Positions 37,009 to 51,179 of a stretch of DNA of 64,000 nucleotides are shown in pieces. The DNA is from Paragordius varius (taxonomy: Eukaryota > Animalia > Nematomorpha). The translations under genes were made by a program, and so were the position numbers. Within the stretch, counting starts at the first letter, position 1; each line of letters begins with the position of its first letter. The DNA is taken from positions 9,424,001-9,488,000 of the forward strand of contig OZ176051.1 in NCBI GenBank assembly GCA_964247055.1, written 5' to 3'. The notes beneath the pieces were generated by a model, which worked only from the letters and a program-made list of their open reading frames with translations, was not told where the DNA came from and did no database searches.

Positions 37009-39610
37009 TGGTGGCCAATCGAATTCCGAACGAAGCAAAAGTTGAGGCCTTACCTATTTCCGAACGAACATGACAACGCCAAGTGCCAATCTCGCTAATG
37101 ATAATATCAAGTTTGAGGAATACGTTGATTATATGACAAATGTTATGGAGGCGAAAAATATCCCTGTAACAGAACAAGCTCTTAAAACAACCTTACTTGC
37201 CTATGGTGGTCTATTGGTTGTAGGAACGACTGTATCCCAAAAAAATAAAAGATGTATCATGGAGTGAGATAATGACAACAGGCCTAAAAGTATTTAATCC
37301 CACAAAATCAAAATTTCAAATCAGATTTGAATTTTTTCGACTTGTGCGGAGCAACGCTAAATCTTTCACCCAATTTTTAGAACGGATTAAGATCGCAGCC
37401 GAAGAGTCCAAATTCAATGATTCGATTGAGGAACGTATTCGGGATGCTTTCGTCATTGGTTTACGGCAACCTCAATTGGAAACGATATACATTCAAGGTA
37501 TCCAGATGCCGAGATCAACGGACAACCAGTGCCTCTAGAAACGATAGTGGATCTCGCACTAGCACACGAGGCTGCTAGGGCTGGCCTTCATAACTATAAT
37601 GATAATACTATAACAATGGTAAAAATTTAAATCGATAACACGCCAATAATAATAAAGGCCATGGGTTCACGACAGCCTACAGACCCCTACATTCGTACAA
37701 TCGTTGTGGGAGTAGCCATGGACCAAACAAATGTCCTGCCTGGAACCGTAATTGGAATAAATGTTGAAACCACTTCGCTAAAATGTGTACAAAAAACGCT
37801 GCCAAGAGTATGTTCAACCGCTAGATCCATATAAAAGAAATGCCAACACGGGGACGCAGAATGTTGTCTATTGAAAGAAAAAATGCCAAAGGCACCGCTC
37901 ATTTGTGGCTTGGTTTGGATCACGAGATTCAACATCGACATCTCTAAAGTACGAATTAACTTTCTTAAACTTGATAAAATTATTGAAAATTTTCCTAATG
38001 TATTTAAAGAGAAATTAGGCTGTTACATTGAGCCGGTTAAATTTATATAACATCCAATGCCTCCCTCAAGGTTTGGCCTTTTCGCCGAGTACCGTTTCCC
38101 CTAAGAGCAAAAGTTGAGAACGAATTGCTAAGATTACAAAAATTAGACATTTTGGAACCAATAAATCCCGACCTCACACCTCTTACATGGGCCACGCCCA
38201 CCGTCAATGTGCTAAAAGCGAATGGAGAGGTAAGAATTTGTATGGATTTTAGAGTTACGATCAACAAATGGCTGACGGAGGACTCACATATCATTCCAAC
38301 GTTTGATGGTTTAGTAAGTAAGATTGGCGAAGGCCAAGTTTTCACTAAGATTGATCTGAAAGATGCCTATCTACAAATGCCCACAACTAAAGAATCACAA
38401 CACCTCCTAACAATTCCAAGGCACAAGGGTTTTTCCGCTACAAAAGGATGCCTTTCGGACTGTCAAAAGTACCAATAATTTTTCAACGAGTCATGGACCA
38501 GGGTTTATAAGATTGTCCCGGCACTTGTGCATATTTAGATGATGTTTTAGTAACTGGCAAATCTGAACATGCACATTTAATAAATCTTAATGTATTAAAT
38601 GGGTTAGAATTAGGAGGTTTTAAATTAAGAAAAGATAAAATTGGTAAACTTTCTTTAAATTATCTGGGATTTTAAATAAGTAATAAAGGTATAAATCCTT
38701 GCAAGAAGAAAGTAAAAGCAATCAATGATTTTAAAAAACCTGTGGATAAAAATCTTTAATAAGTTTTTTAGGATTTTTGACGTTTCATGAAAGATTTATA
38801 CCCAAGCTTCAATTAATTGGTGATGTACATAGTTTAACAAGTAAGAACCTCAGATGGAACGGTCGGAAAAACATGAGAAAAGTGGAAAGCAGCGAAGGAA
38901 TTATTAAGTGAACAATTATTTTTAACACCATACAATCCGGATAGAAAGTTAGTAATTGAAACCGATGCATCAGACATAGGGTTTGGATGTATTTTAAGTC
39001 CTGTAGTAAATGGTGAAAGAAAACCCATTGCCTATGGTTGAAGAAATTGTAGTACCCCAGATGTGAACTACTTCACGATAGTAAGGAAATTAAAGGCTTT
39101 TGTTTTTGTATTAGAAGAGTTTCATAACTTCGTTTATGGTAGTAGGTTTGAAACTTTGACAGAGTACCACTGGTTATGTTGAAAAATAGGGATAGAAATT
39201 TGAAAGAAATTCAGAATGCGAAAGTTTTAAGATGGGGTAACCGACTGAATGATTATGTTGAATCAAGTTATCAGGCGGATCCGAAAATAGAGCCGATTAC
39301 TTGTCAAGATGCCCCGGGGAAGATAATGTTGAAACAACTGATAGGGATTACATGGTAACGAGACATCTTAGGTTCCTAAATTGTCATAATATTCATTTAA
39401 GTCGAGATGAGATCTGGAGAGAGACAGTAAAGGATAAATTGCAAAAGGTTATCAAGGCTATTCATAATCAAGATTGGAGTGATGTTGAGTTGGCTGGGTT
39501 TACAAACCGGAAAGGAGATTCGTACCAATACGGATTGCTAAGTTTGAACGATATCGATCATCCCTCGGTTGCTTTGTATCTCAAATCAGTCATTTCTTTG
39601 GCTAAAGCCT
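37009..39610 (+). mobile_element. Ty3/Gypsy (Mag-like) retrotransposon 5' part: PBS, gag, protease, RT, RNase H; decayed
   Basis: tggtggcc PBS after ...ACA; gag FEEYVDYM; DTGTQ protease; WATPTVNVLKANGEVRICMDFR, KIDLKDAYLQ, YLDDVLV; ETDASDIGFG. Interrupted by the Tc1/mariner block. Confidence 0.9.
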
Positions 39611-39614
39611 TCCA

Positions 39615-40882
39615 GTCCTTATTACGGTATTTATAAAAATGCACGGATATCTAAAAATTATTACAAAACTTTTAAATAAGACCGAATATAAATCGCGATT
39701 AGAACTTTTTTCCATCATATTGATTAAAATTTTAACACGCCTCAAAAAATCAATCACCTCCCTGAAATATATGTCCACATAATTCATCATCCAGGTGATT
39801 GAGCTTAAAAATAAGCTCATTCACATGGCTTATTGTGAATCGATTCTTATTATTCAGGAAAAACATGATTGCCATGCCAGAAAAACTATTTGTTTTATGC
39901 GGCAAATTTGGCAAGCCATTTTCTTTGAAATTATTAAAGTGCTACTCTGTTCGCGTATCCATTGATGCAAAGAGGTAGTCAATGTAAGGTAAGGTGTCTA
40001 CAGGTGATGCGTATATCCCATCGAGAAGAAGTTTTATTTCACTCGTTCTGTGTAATTCGGATTTGTTATGTTGTAAAATCGTAATATCTTCTAACACATT
40101 CCGGTTGTTTTTTATTAATGCATGGTTTAAATTTACCACTTGTTGGTGAAAGTAACAGTTTTACCCGCGAGTTTTAAGACTTCATAATAAATAACACTCT
40201 GATCCTACCAACACAGCAGTGTCTTTTTGCAAAAGCAATTTTGGCTGTTGTTCATAGACCGTCATCTTTGCAAGATGAAAGCCACAAATTTTACGAATTT
40301 GCAAATTAACCCATTCTCACAACCTATCACATTTCGAGGAAAAATGATTTTCTTTCGTCACAATGATGGTTCACTAGCTATTTATTGCGATTTGATGTCA
40401 TTCAAATTGTGTACGACCCATTTTCCGAGTTTATGTGCCTTTCTCTTTTGCAGACTATGTGATACATGTAATGCTTCTCCCATTTGCCGTTATCGAGATA
40501 TATCATTAATTAACTATTGTCCTTTATCATTAGCAAAGATGTGGTCTACGTGAGCGCCCACTGACTTTTACATTGAAATCAGAACTTTTAAATTAAACAT
40601 GTTTCATACTTGTGATCGATTGAGGTTGATTAATATGCAGCAAACAATGACTCCCAACAGCCTATTTTCAATGAAAAAAAGCAATCTTGATGTAAATGCT
40701 CTTTTTATAAAATTCGACATGATTAATGAATGACAAGAGCAAGAGCAAGAGGCCTACGTATGTTTATTAAATGTCTAATTAATAAAATGGGGTTTGTGAT
40801 ATATAATCGTATGCTCCTCTGCATGACGTCGTCTCTTAGTTGAATCAATAAGTATATGACAACATCAGATATATCCGACTGA
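39615..40882 (-). mobile_element. Second copy of the mariner plus Tc1-tail block (retains the N-terminal MSNFI.. start near 40728)
   Basis: Reverse-complement match to 10326-11490, with about 110 bp of extra 5' coding sequence. Confidence 0.85.
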
Positions 40883-41370
40883 TTTAAAAATATATGAATG
40901 GGTATTTGATTTGACTAATATTTTGTCATTTATTTAGAAAAAATAATATTTTTGTTGTTATTTTAATAATTTTCGATATATATTTTATGTATATTTTACA
41001 GTGATTAAACAGTTATTATCTATATTAAATTAATGGTTGTGTATTGGAAAATAAAAAATTCATTGATAAGTTTTGTGGTAATATGTATTATTATATTTGG
41101 CTGGATATTTAAAACAGGTTTGTATATTACCTTTTCTAAACGGTTAAAAAAATAGCTTGGAAAGTATATTATCAAATAAATTAAATATTTAAATTGTATT
41201 ATTTAATCATTTGTAATGTAGTAGGATTTATAGCAAATAGATATTAAAAAACATTATTTATATATTTAGATTCAATTAATACAATTTCCCAATTTTTGAT
41301 ATTCATGATAGAATTTACGGTAAAGTTGTTTGTGTGATTTAAACTTAATTAACTGTTCGCAGTGAGGATT

Positions 41371-41810
41371 TCGATTTTAATGCTCCTTTAATTACTTTAC
41401 ATTTTGGTATTATAATTTTAACCCAAATATAGTCCGATAATTAATTAACAAAATCTATTTCATTATATTTTTTTGAATTTTATTTCATAATAATAATAGA
41501 TGTTTGCCGATCAATTATAATCTGATGTATTCTAATGAATCAAAGCTATTTTTTGTGTTTAATTATATATTGTATGATTAAATTTTATTTTAAAACTTAC
41601 GCAAGGTATTAAAAAATTAAACACAAAAAATAGTGTTGATTCATTCGAATAGTCTACATCAGATAATAATTGATCGGTAATCTATTATTATTATGATATA
41701 AATATCAAAAAAATATAATGAAATAGTTTTTGTTAATTAAATATCGGACTATATTTGGGTTAAAATTATATTACCAAAATGTAAAGTAATTAAAGGAGCA
41801 TTAAAATCGA
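41371..41810. repeat. Second copy of the long palindrome
   Basis: Same arms and spacer as 9385-9826. Confidence 0.95.
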
Positions 41811-42928
41811 GTAATAATTTATGAATAGCTAAAAACTTTGAGATAATGGACATCGAAATGATAAATGCGATTAAAATTCTGGAAAAAAAGTAATTATTTC
41901 TTGCAATTTGCGGGAAAATAGCATTTTTATCGCACATTAACTTGAATAAAATATTAACCAATAGAGGGAAACTCAATTATAATTATGTATATGTATCATA
42001 AGCCTAATCCTAAACTTCAAAATTTGAATATAGAACGAGATGAAGATTAAATTTTGTAACCAAACAGGTTGGTTCGAACCCAACGGAACATGTTCTTGCT
42101 AATTTCGATGCTATTTAAATAAATTTTCTAATCGAACAACTTCCCAAACTATTGGTAAATGAAATAGCCTAGTAATGAATAATGCTAATATAAATTATTG
42201 ATTGTATTCACAAAAGCTTACAACATTGGTACTCAACAACAAAAGATAAAGGGACGAAAAAAAATTATCTTGTCGCAAGGGCCAAGTAACCATGTAATCC
42301 GATAAAAATTTCAGAGATCTTTGACACATTTGCAGATATTTATACTTAAAATAAACATTTCAAAATATATTAAATTATTTAAGGGAAAAAGATCCCTTAG
42401 GGTCATAGTAGGAGTACCACTAATAAAATGATTTCAATAATCCTAACCTAATATACAAAAATCATATTTAAAAAAGGGCTTTTACGTACGGCAGAACCCT
42501 GAAAATGAAACCGATAATACTCTCGCTTTAATAAATATTTCAGCTCAAAACATAAAATAGATAAAAAATTTTAGGAAAAATTTAGACAACACCTAAAAAT
42601 ATATTCTAAAAGTTAAATATTTTATCGACTTTGTTATTTAATTATTTTTGAAATATTAAAATTATGAATTTATTTGATAAATCCAAAAACTTTCGCGGGC
42701 CGCAAATTATTGCAGAAGGCCGCGTGTAGGACAGTGCTGGTGGATGAATGGACAATAAAAATCGAGATATTAGTGTTGGTTTGGTATGAAGCTTTAATTA
42801 CTTCTTTAAATCAACGTTTTACTTATTCAAAGTTGTGGGCCCAAATAAGAATTAATTGCCTAAAATGTTTAATATTTATTTGTGAGAGATAGTTAATTTT
42901 TGTAAATCATCACACAACGAAAAAAGTA

Positions 42929-45488
42929 TTAGATGTTTTCTCTTATTTTTAGTTTCAATTGATTATTAACTAGAGCGATTTGATCACCGGCCGAAAGACG
43001 CAACTTACAAGAATTCGCTCTACATTCGATTGTATAGGGAGGCCGATTTTTAGCATACACAGTTATTCTTGTGGAATATTGGTTTGGTAACAGGTGAGGC
43101 TTGATTTGGTCCCAGGTGCTTGCTTTATTATTCCATCTGATATCTAATATATCGATAAAGGGTAATATATTACACATTAGTAAAAAACGAATATCATTGA
43201 CATAAGAGGTTTGTTTAACATTTATTATGGGCAAAATTTTATGCGAATGGTTATAATACTCGTATTCATCAATGACTAAAAATCAAATAAAACTCATTTA
43301 CGATTGTGTGAGTGTATGCATGGCGATATTTGCTTTCACTAATCAGTTAACATACTGTTGTTTGTTAAATTTTAATTTTACGCCAGTAAGTATTAACTAA
43401 TGCCCAAACTACATTTTCCTAAAATAAAATACATGCTGAGAATTATAAACTATCTATATATTTTTTAGGTAAATAATAAATAATTTAACAATATAATAAA
43501 ACTTTGTGTGACATATCGCGTATATATTCCCTATAGTGAACATCAAGTAAAAATACATTTTCGTTTATTTTTATTTGTAAATTATTTTTTTAATATTAAA
43601 GGGTTGGTATCATGTTAATTGCATTATATCATTAATTTCTTTTAATTTTTTAAAAAAATAAGTACTTTTGGAAGCAGTTTGGCACTCCTGAGCTACCAAT
43701 TTAATTTCATGTAGAGAATCCGATTTTTTTAGATATATTTTGTCGTATTTGGATATTTCTTTTCTCGAACCACTTAGTATCAACTTATTATTGTCCATGT
43801 AGGTTTTAAATTTAGTCAGGTATTCATAAGAAGGGCCAAGAATCTCAACATCTTTTATATTCCATCCAAGTGTTGAGAAACTAACTGTATTTTCACACTG
43901 ATAGTATTTCCGAACACTTTTCGCTAAACATATTATATTAAATTAAGCCTAATTATTCTATAATAACGTGAGGTTTTTAGATTTTTAATAATTTTAGTAA
44001 AAAAATTTATATAACTCAGATTTTAATATACGTTAATAAAGTTTTGTGAGAGCACTAATACCCAATATGAATTAATTTGACAAAAAGTTTGCAGCTCATT
44101 TTTTTTAATCTTTACGATTATTAGGTATGTATCGGAATATTTGTTTTTTTTGCAATGGAAAAGATGTTAAATATGAATAATATATAAGTAATAAAAAAAT
44201 TAATAATTAAACTTACTTAAACTTTTGGGCATATATTTAAAGTTTCCAGCTTTGTCCCACGTTCCTGGATAAATAATACATAGTTTTAAGTTATTTTTCT
44301 AGTTTATAACAAAAAGGAGAATTGCCTAAATTTTGAGAGCATTAACACACTGGTCTACCAGGATTCACAGTGATGATGGAAAAATTGTACACTTAATTAT
44401 AAATATATATGACATGTAAAAATTTTAAATAAATAATAAAAACCATCAAATTTAGTTTTCCATCTTCTATATACAAAATTATTCACGAAAAGGGCTAAAA
44501 ACTCATCAGGAATCGCTGTTATATTAGCTTGAATAGAGCCGTTGGATATTTGATTTATTCTATAAAAACTATGAAGGTTTAATTCACATGTTTTTGCTAA
44601 ATTTGGGTCATTGAACAAATCGGAACAATCTTCCTCAAATATAAATCGTCCATTGTAGCTCTTGTAATCCGTCAAAGGGTAGAAAATTGTTGCAAGAAAT
44701 CTAATTTCTTTACCATCTACGTTAATGGTCCAATATCCAGCATAATCACATTTACCAGGTATATTAAAAATTAATTTTGTTTTGTTTGACACCTGAAAGG
44801 GCACTTTTTTTCCAAATTTGGTAGTTATTTGAATGGTAGGGGGTGTTTTTGAATTTTTAAGAGGTTGCCAAAACTCATGTATATCGAATTCACACTTTTT
44901 GATCTTATTTGGTGATACATCTATGCCTCCTGTAGTTACTATAAATCGAGAAATTACATTGCAAAATATTAGATATAGAAAAAAAATATAAAATATCTAT
45001 TGATATTTAAATTGGGCAAAAACCGTAACATAGTGTGTAAGGATAACACATATATTGTTATATTGTTATTCAATGATATTTAGCGAAAAGCGGTTATTAC
45101 AAAATATATGCATCTTTCGCCTATGAATCATACGTAAAAAATTAACACTTGCACATTGTAAGAGTATTATAATATTAAATTTATTACCTTCAAGAGAAAT
45201 ATTTCCATGCTTTATTGTTACACCATTTTTCAAAACGGAATAAGGGCCATCAACTAAATTCAATTTAGGCGCTATCTCTTGATCAAGAAATTGGGAATAA
45301 TTAACATTAGGGTAGGAAAATGTTCCAAACGCAAAATTGACAGTTATGTTAGCTCGACCTTGATACTCATCAAGAAGTTGATAATAATATTCTTGACCAA
45401 ATGAAACCCAAATATCATTAGGACTTGGTTGCTCCTGAGCTAATGTACTGTAGAACCCAAATAGGAAAAAAATTGGTAGTAAAATCAT
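42929..45488 (-). CDS. Gene X copy 3, apparently intact (about 482 aa secreted Ig-like glycoprotein). Exons 45488-45188, 44938-44444, 44264-44217, 43923-43666, 43275-42929
   Basis: Exon lengths 301+495+48+258+347=1449 nt, all introns phase 1 GT-AG, no stops seen. Indels relative to other copies are in frame. Has a signal peptide, several N-x-S/T sites, and a C..W..Y-x-x-x-C Ig-like pattern in exon 5. Confidence 0.8.
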
Positions 45489-45927
45489 TTCAAAAAATTT
45501 AATAGCTTTGATATAATTATTGGAGGTCTTATATAGAAATGCTTTAAAATAAAATGGGCCCTACATATTAAAGGAGATAAAGCAAATATTATTGAAATTT
45601 GGCAATGTATAATGATATTGCAGGCTACTAAATAAATATTTTTTAATTTTCTTTGGACCAAAAGCCTAATTTTTATGTATTTCGACAAAAACATTATGTA
45701 AAACTCGTGTCTAATACATTAGTTTTGTAAAATGTCAATATTTGCAATAAACCAAAACAACTTTACTGACAGTTATTACGGTAAAAAAATAAATTAAAGT
45801 GTATTTGATCTGGCTAAGCTTACAATCTCAAATCTGGTTTAAACACGATCGCCAATTTTAAATTATATAACTCAAAATTTGTATTATAGTTAATTTATTA
45901 TATATAAAAAAGGAATTAACTGTATAA

Positions 45928-47035
45928 CACTAGACAACAAATTTTAACTTTTTTTAACTGCCATTCTTGTAAATTTAAAATTTATTTCATTAAAGTACAT
46001 AATTAGTATATCTGAAAAGAAAATTGGTCTAGCATGGAAGAATTTCTTTATATTAGAGTTTATCGATAATTTTTGGCCCCGATTTAAGATAAACTCGAAA
46101 TTTCGAAAATTAAAAGTTTTAGATATGAAGCCATGTATTTTATATCATTCGAAAGAGCGCAAAAAACTGCATCTTTTAAATGGTAGTAAGTCATTTAAAT
46201 CAATCGGATGTAAAAGTTATTTGGATTTAAATGGTCGAAATTTTCAATCCTTAAATAAGTCAATAATTTTTACATACAAACTAATTTGAAAATCATATAA
46301 ATTATTTTAATATAATTATTAGGGTTATATTAGTATTTAATTTAAAAAAAATGTTTGAAAAAGCTTTTGGTTCGCTTTTTTAATAAAAATTATTATTATC
46401 ATAAAATTTTACCTAGTGGATACTAAAATGCATAGTTATAACTGTAAATATTACATAATGGCTATAAAAGATCAAAACTTTGTTTTCTTTAAAATTTTGA
46501 AATTATCAGCCTTGTAAAGAAAATTAATTAATATTGATGAGATGGTAATTTTTAAAAAACAAAAAACTTAAATATGGCTGTTTTGAGTGACATAAAAGCA
46601 ATAATAAAATGTTTTAATCAAAAACACTTTCTTGTGTTATCTTTTTTGGACATTCATCACCAGCTAAACAAAGTTTGAGCTATTTTCATCCATTGGTTTT
46701 AAAAATATAATAATTAAAAAAAATGCTCTCGCTTCGCGCGTTTGTCGCTCTTTGTGTCCAATATTAACTGTCGATGTAATACATATTAGTATGCATTTTA
46801 TAGAGTTTTTATTACTCTTTCGAATGATATATTACAAATGGGCATTACTAGTATATTTTCAAAGAAAAATATTTTTTAGTAAAATTTTGATAAAGAGGGC
46901 GCATAATCAAAAAAATCAAATTATACAAAATTCTTCCAACGAGTTATAATTTTTATTTCAGATTTACTGTTAAAATGATACTAAATATCAGAAAATTCTA
47001 AAAACTCGAGTGGCAGAAAAATTTGTTGTCCAGTG
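45928..47035. mobile_element. Non-autonomous CACT-ended DNA transposon with TAA TSD (CMC/Chapaev3-like)
   Basis: TIRs cactagacaacaaatttt / cactggacaacaaatttt with taa on both sides. Empty site seen near 20215-20225 and in copy 1. Confidence 0.85.
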
Positions 47036-47342
47036 TAATTTAAGTGATTCTAAGAACATGAAACGGAATCTTATAGAAGGTTCACCACAAAATAATAAAT
47101 TTTGCGAAAAGAAAATATAGAGTTACACTGGTAGATTTTCATTAAATAATGCCAACAACTATATCTTTATTTTTATTATATACCAATAAAATGCCAAAAA
47201 TTTACCTATATGTCGTATTAATTAATAGCTTTTAACAAATATTTTAAATAACCTACTTAAAAAAGTTTTGAGCCAACCCACAATTTAGTTACAATTTGGA
47301 ATGTTTTCAACTTTAAGCGATTATAATTTAAGAAATTAGGAA

Positions 47343-47389
<47 letters not shown>

Positions 47390-47854
47390 CGGCATATTAC
47401 CTGATGATGAACATGAGCATATATAAATCAATAAAAATCCCATTTTAAGTCTAAATAGATTTATACCATTTAGTCCAATTCAATACTTTTCTAACTAAAC
47501 GCATATTTTATCAAGTAAATGCATCATCCTAACTTCCAAACGCAACATTATTTGTAGTTAAAAATTTTATTTTAGACCTGAAATTCAGCTAACCATATTA
47601 AATCTAAAAGAATTCGTAATATAATTTGTTATAAAATAAAAAATTGTCTTTAAATGCAAAAATAATGTTGCGAAATGAAAAACTTGTCTTGCTTGAAAAA
47701 TTTTATGGATAAAAATTGTGGCGGGAGCTATGTTGTGTTATGACATTGTTGATTTTTACCTAATAGTTAACCTTGTAATTATTTAATTTTGATGATAATG
47801 ATTACATATTCTTTTTTCTTAAATGTAAACTATAGAATGTGATTTTTTAAAATA

Positions 47855-48408
47855 CTAGCGTAAATCTCGTGCTGCTACGCGGGCTATTTGAAAAAAGGGA
47901 CAATAAAATGATCCACATATGTGGATTATTTCGAAACATTATTTAATAGCTATGATCTCATAGGAATTTTAAAACAGCATTCATACTAATATATATTTAC
48001 TTGGGCGAAAAATAAAAAATGATTTTTGTGGACTTAATTTTTTTGAAAAAAATGGCATTTTACGGGGGAGCGGGTAAGAAGTTGGCCTAAATTAAAAAAA
48101 CCGAGCCGACTATGTTCGGCGCAATCGAAAATAAGTAAACAAAAATCATATTTGAAATTGATCCAACACGTTCTCCGGAAAATTGTCTCAAAGACACAAT
48201 TTTTGTGGACTTCTCTTTTCAAAAAAAACCGTTTTTTAGACGGGGTGGGCCCGAACTGGGGGTCTAATATAAAAAAAGGCCATGCTATTGTTAGGGCATT
48301 CATTATGATTATATTTTCGATATTTGGATTTGAATGGGTGTACCGGTTTTCTGGAAAAAGATCACAAAGCCAGCATTTATTTATATATATATATAATATA
48401 TATATATA
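47855..48408 (-). mobile_element. Helitron, same insertion as 21032-21584
   Basis: Same 3' hairpin plus CTAG at the same flanking site. The 5' end is obscured by a TA expansion. Confidence 0.85.
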
Positions 48409-49141
48409 TTCGATACTGTGCCAAAAATAAACATATCTTTCTTTTATGGGATATTGATTAAAAATAAAATTGAATCGTTATCATTTTTAAAGGCAAACGA
48501 TATATTAATATCATTCTTTTATAATTTTCTCTAACTTAATTTTATTGCTATTTTTTGTGTCATAAGACTCACAATAAGCGTTAGCCTAAATATAAACTGG
48601 CTTATCGCTTTGCATTCAAGGGTAATAATCCTGTAAGTGTCGCGTCAATGATTTAGCCTTTAATGTCGGTATTTTAATTCGCATATGCTCAAACAGTTAT
48701 GATTCAAATTGCCAACAGACAGTACTAATCTCATTTTTGTTTATTGTAAAAAAATTCTAAATACCGATTCGTGATATCAATTTAATTTTTTTTAGATTTT
48801 ATGCCAAAAAGCAAGACAATTTTTTATGCTACTTTTATAAAAGAGATCAATAATAAAAAACGATATATATAACGCCGCCCTCTAGTACCTTGCACAAAAA
48901 GTCTGGGGATTTTTTAAGAACACACATTTTGTTCCCTTAACCACTCATATGCAACATCAAACTTTAATTTCCAGTGTAATAACTTTACATTTTAACTTAA
49001 GTTAAAAAAAATAAATTTATCCATTTGCAATATAACAATATTTTACCTATTATTTCATCTTATACTTACGATATACCAATATTGAAGGCCAAATAACTTA
49101 ATTACAATAAAAACATTAACACATTTTTCATTCTATAATAT

Positions 49142-50900
49142 TGATGATGTTGGATATCTCTTAGTTTATGTACAAACTCTGGGGCAGTTGAGACGATTCG
49201 ACCATATTGTAAGATATCTGTGCAAGTTCTTGGATTAAATGTGGTGTTATATTTTTAATCTAATCTAAATATCGTAGCTTAAGCCTTCCAAGTTTCCTAG
49301 CCCCTTCAACTGGGCCTAAGATGGTCGCTTTTTCTAAGTTATCGGCTCTCATCACATGTCCGTAAACTCTGTGCTGAAAGGCATGAATTTTTTGAGGAAG
49401 GTTAGTTTGGGTTTAATATGTACTAATATTTTATATTGTATCTTATGCTCCCATTCTATACCAATATATCTATAGGTCCATAACTCAAACGCTTTTATTT
49501 TCTTGTAAATGACTTACAGCTTTGGTGCATTACTGGAAAACATATTGATCTATTACACGCTTTTTGATGGAATTGGGAATTTTTTTGGAGAATGGATTTA
49601 AGTATAATTATTGAATTTTCTGCCATTGCAGCTCTCCTGGTACTGCTGGTTGTAGAGGTGCCACTTATTAAATAGTAGATCTGAGGTAAATTAAGTAGTT
49701 CTGAATGTTTTGTTCTTAAAATTCACAGTAAGTCCTCTTCTGGGATAAGAATTGTTGCGTCATCAGCGAAACGCAAGTTATTGATTGTCTCGCCTTCTAT
49801 TATGATGCCTGCTGAGTCATTTCTATTATTTTTGTGATGTCAGTAAGTTAAATAGCGAAGGTGATAGTGTACATCCTTGTCTGACCCTTATTTGTCTATT
49901 TATTGTTTGGCTGGGGCTTGTTGAAACTCGTAAAACTGCTTTTTCATTTGAAGATTGTTAAGATTTAATTGTGCAGGAATCCGCTTCACCCATAGTTTTT
50001 CATAGACCACCCTATCAAAGCCTTGGAGTAGTTCAGGAAGGAAAATATTTTTGTTGTATACATTTGCTTGTTCTATGATGCGTTTTATTAGAGATGTGGT
50101 CTCGACAACTTTGAGTCGGAAACCAGCCTGTATTAGATATGAAGTTACTGTACCAATTCTGTATGCTCATTTGGATTATTTGAAAAGTATTATGTATTTG
50201 TGAGGTATGATAATTCTGTAATGATCGCAATCTTTTACTTGACATTTTCATGTATATTGGTATGAAGATTGATTTAGTCCAGTCTTTTAGCCATCTACAA
50301 TTTCTTTTGGCCTAACTTGGTTATTATGTCAGTTGTTTTAAGACTTCTTTTGAAATGCCGCCATCCTGGGGTTCTGTTCTTAACGATTAGCAATTCCGTA
50401 TCAATATCTGTTTGAGTTATGCTGGGTTCTGTTAAATGTGAAATAATTTGTGTTGTATTTGTTTTAAAATTTGCTTCAATGTATTCTTCCCATCTTGTTA
50501 CATCTTGTTAGTTAGCTGATTCCTTCAATGTGATTTATTTGTGATTTTTTGGGTTTATAATGTATTCATATAGGGAAATGATCCTTTAGACAATTCGTTT
50601 CCCTTTTGAGGCAAATATTTAATGCCTGTAAATGTAGTAATTTTATTTGTTTTTGAATATGCAATTGAGTGTTTTATATTTGTAAGAGTTTGAGCGTTGT
50701 TTGGCCAATTTTTCTTTTTCTGCAATCAAACACAGTGGGCTTAGTTGTTTTTTTTTCAGATTTTGTTTTAAGTTGTTCTTTGCAATTTGTACTATAATTT
50801 TTTTAGTTTCCTATTAGTTTACACGTATATTTGTATGTATCATGCAAAGTCATAAATTATCCTTAATTTTTATTTGTGTTATTTGATCTCATGTAAATTA
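49142..50900 (-). mobile_element. Decayed RTE-clade LINE (longer version of 22322-23285)
   Basis: Same RT motifs, plus upstream AGFR and IPK regions that are missing from the other copy. Confidence 0.85.
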
Positions 50901-51179
50901 CCTTCATAGAAAATTGTATATATCTAACCCGATTTTTCTAATAAATGTATTATCATTATCTTATACTATCACTATGATCTAACTTAACAAACAGTTACCA
51001 CATCACTGTGGGTATTAGTTAACATTTATTCACAAAAAATATATTGAATTGTACATTGACATCATTTTCTTTTACGAAAATAATAAAGCATTAGGCAGCA
51101 AATGTTAGGGGTTTTCAGCTATTGTTGAGACAGCGGAGATTGTTTATTGGATATAATATTACATAAACATATAAATTTA

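Larger units (their letters stand above)
39551..47850. repeat. Inverted segmental duplicate of about 3290-11557
   Basis: Collinear reverse-complement match ending at the same gatcgatat junction (11557/39551). The copies differ by TE insertions. Confidence 0.9.
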
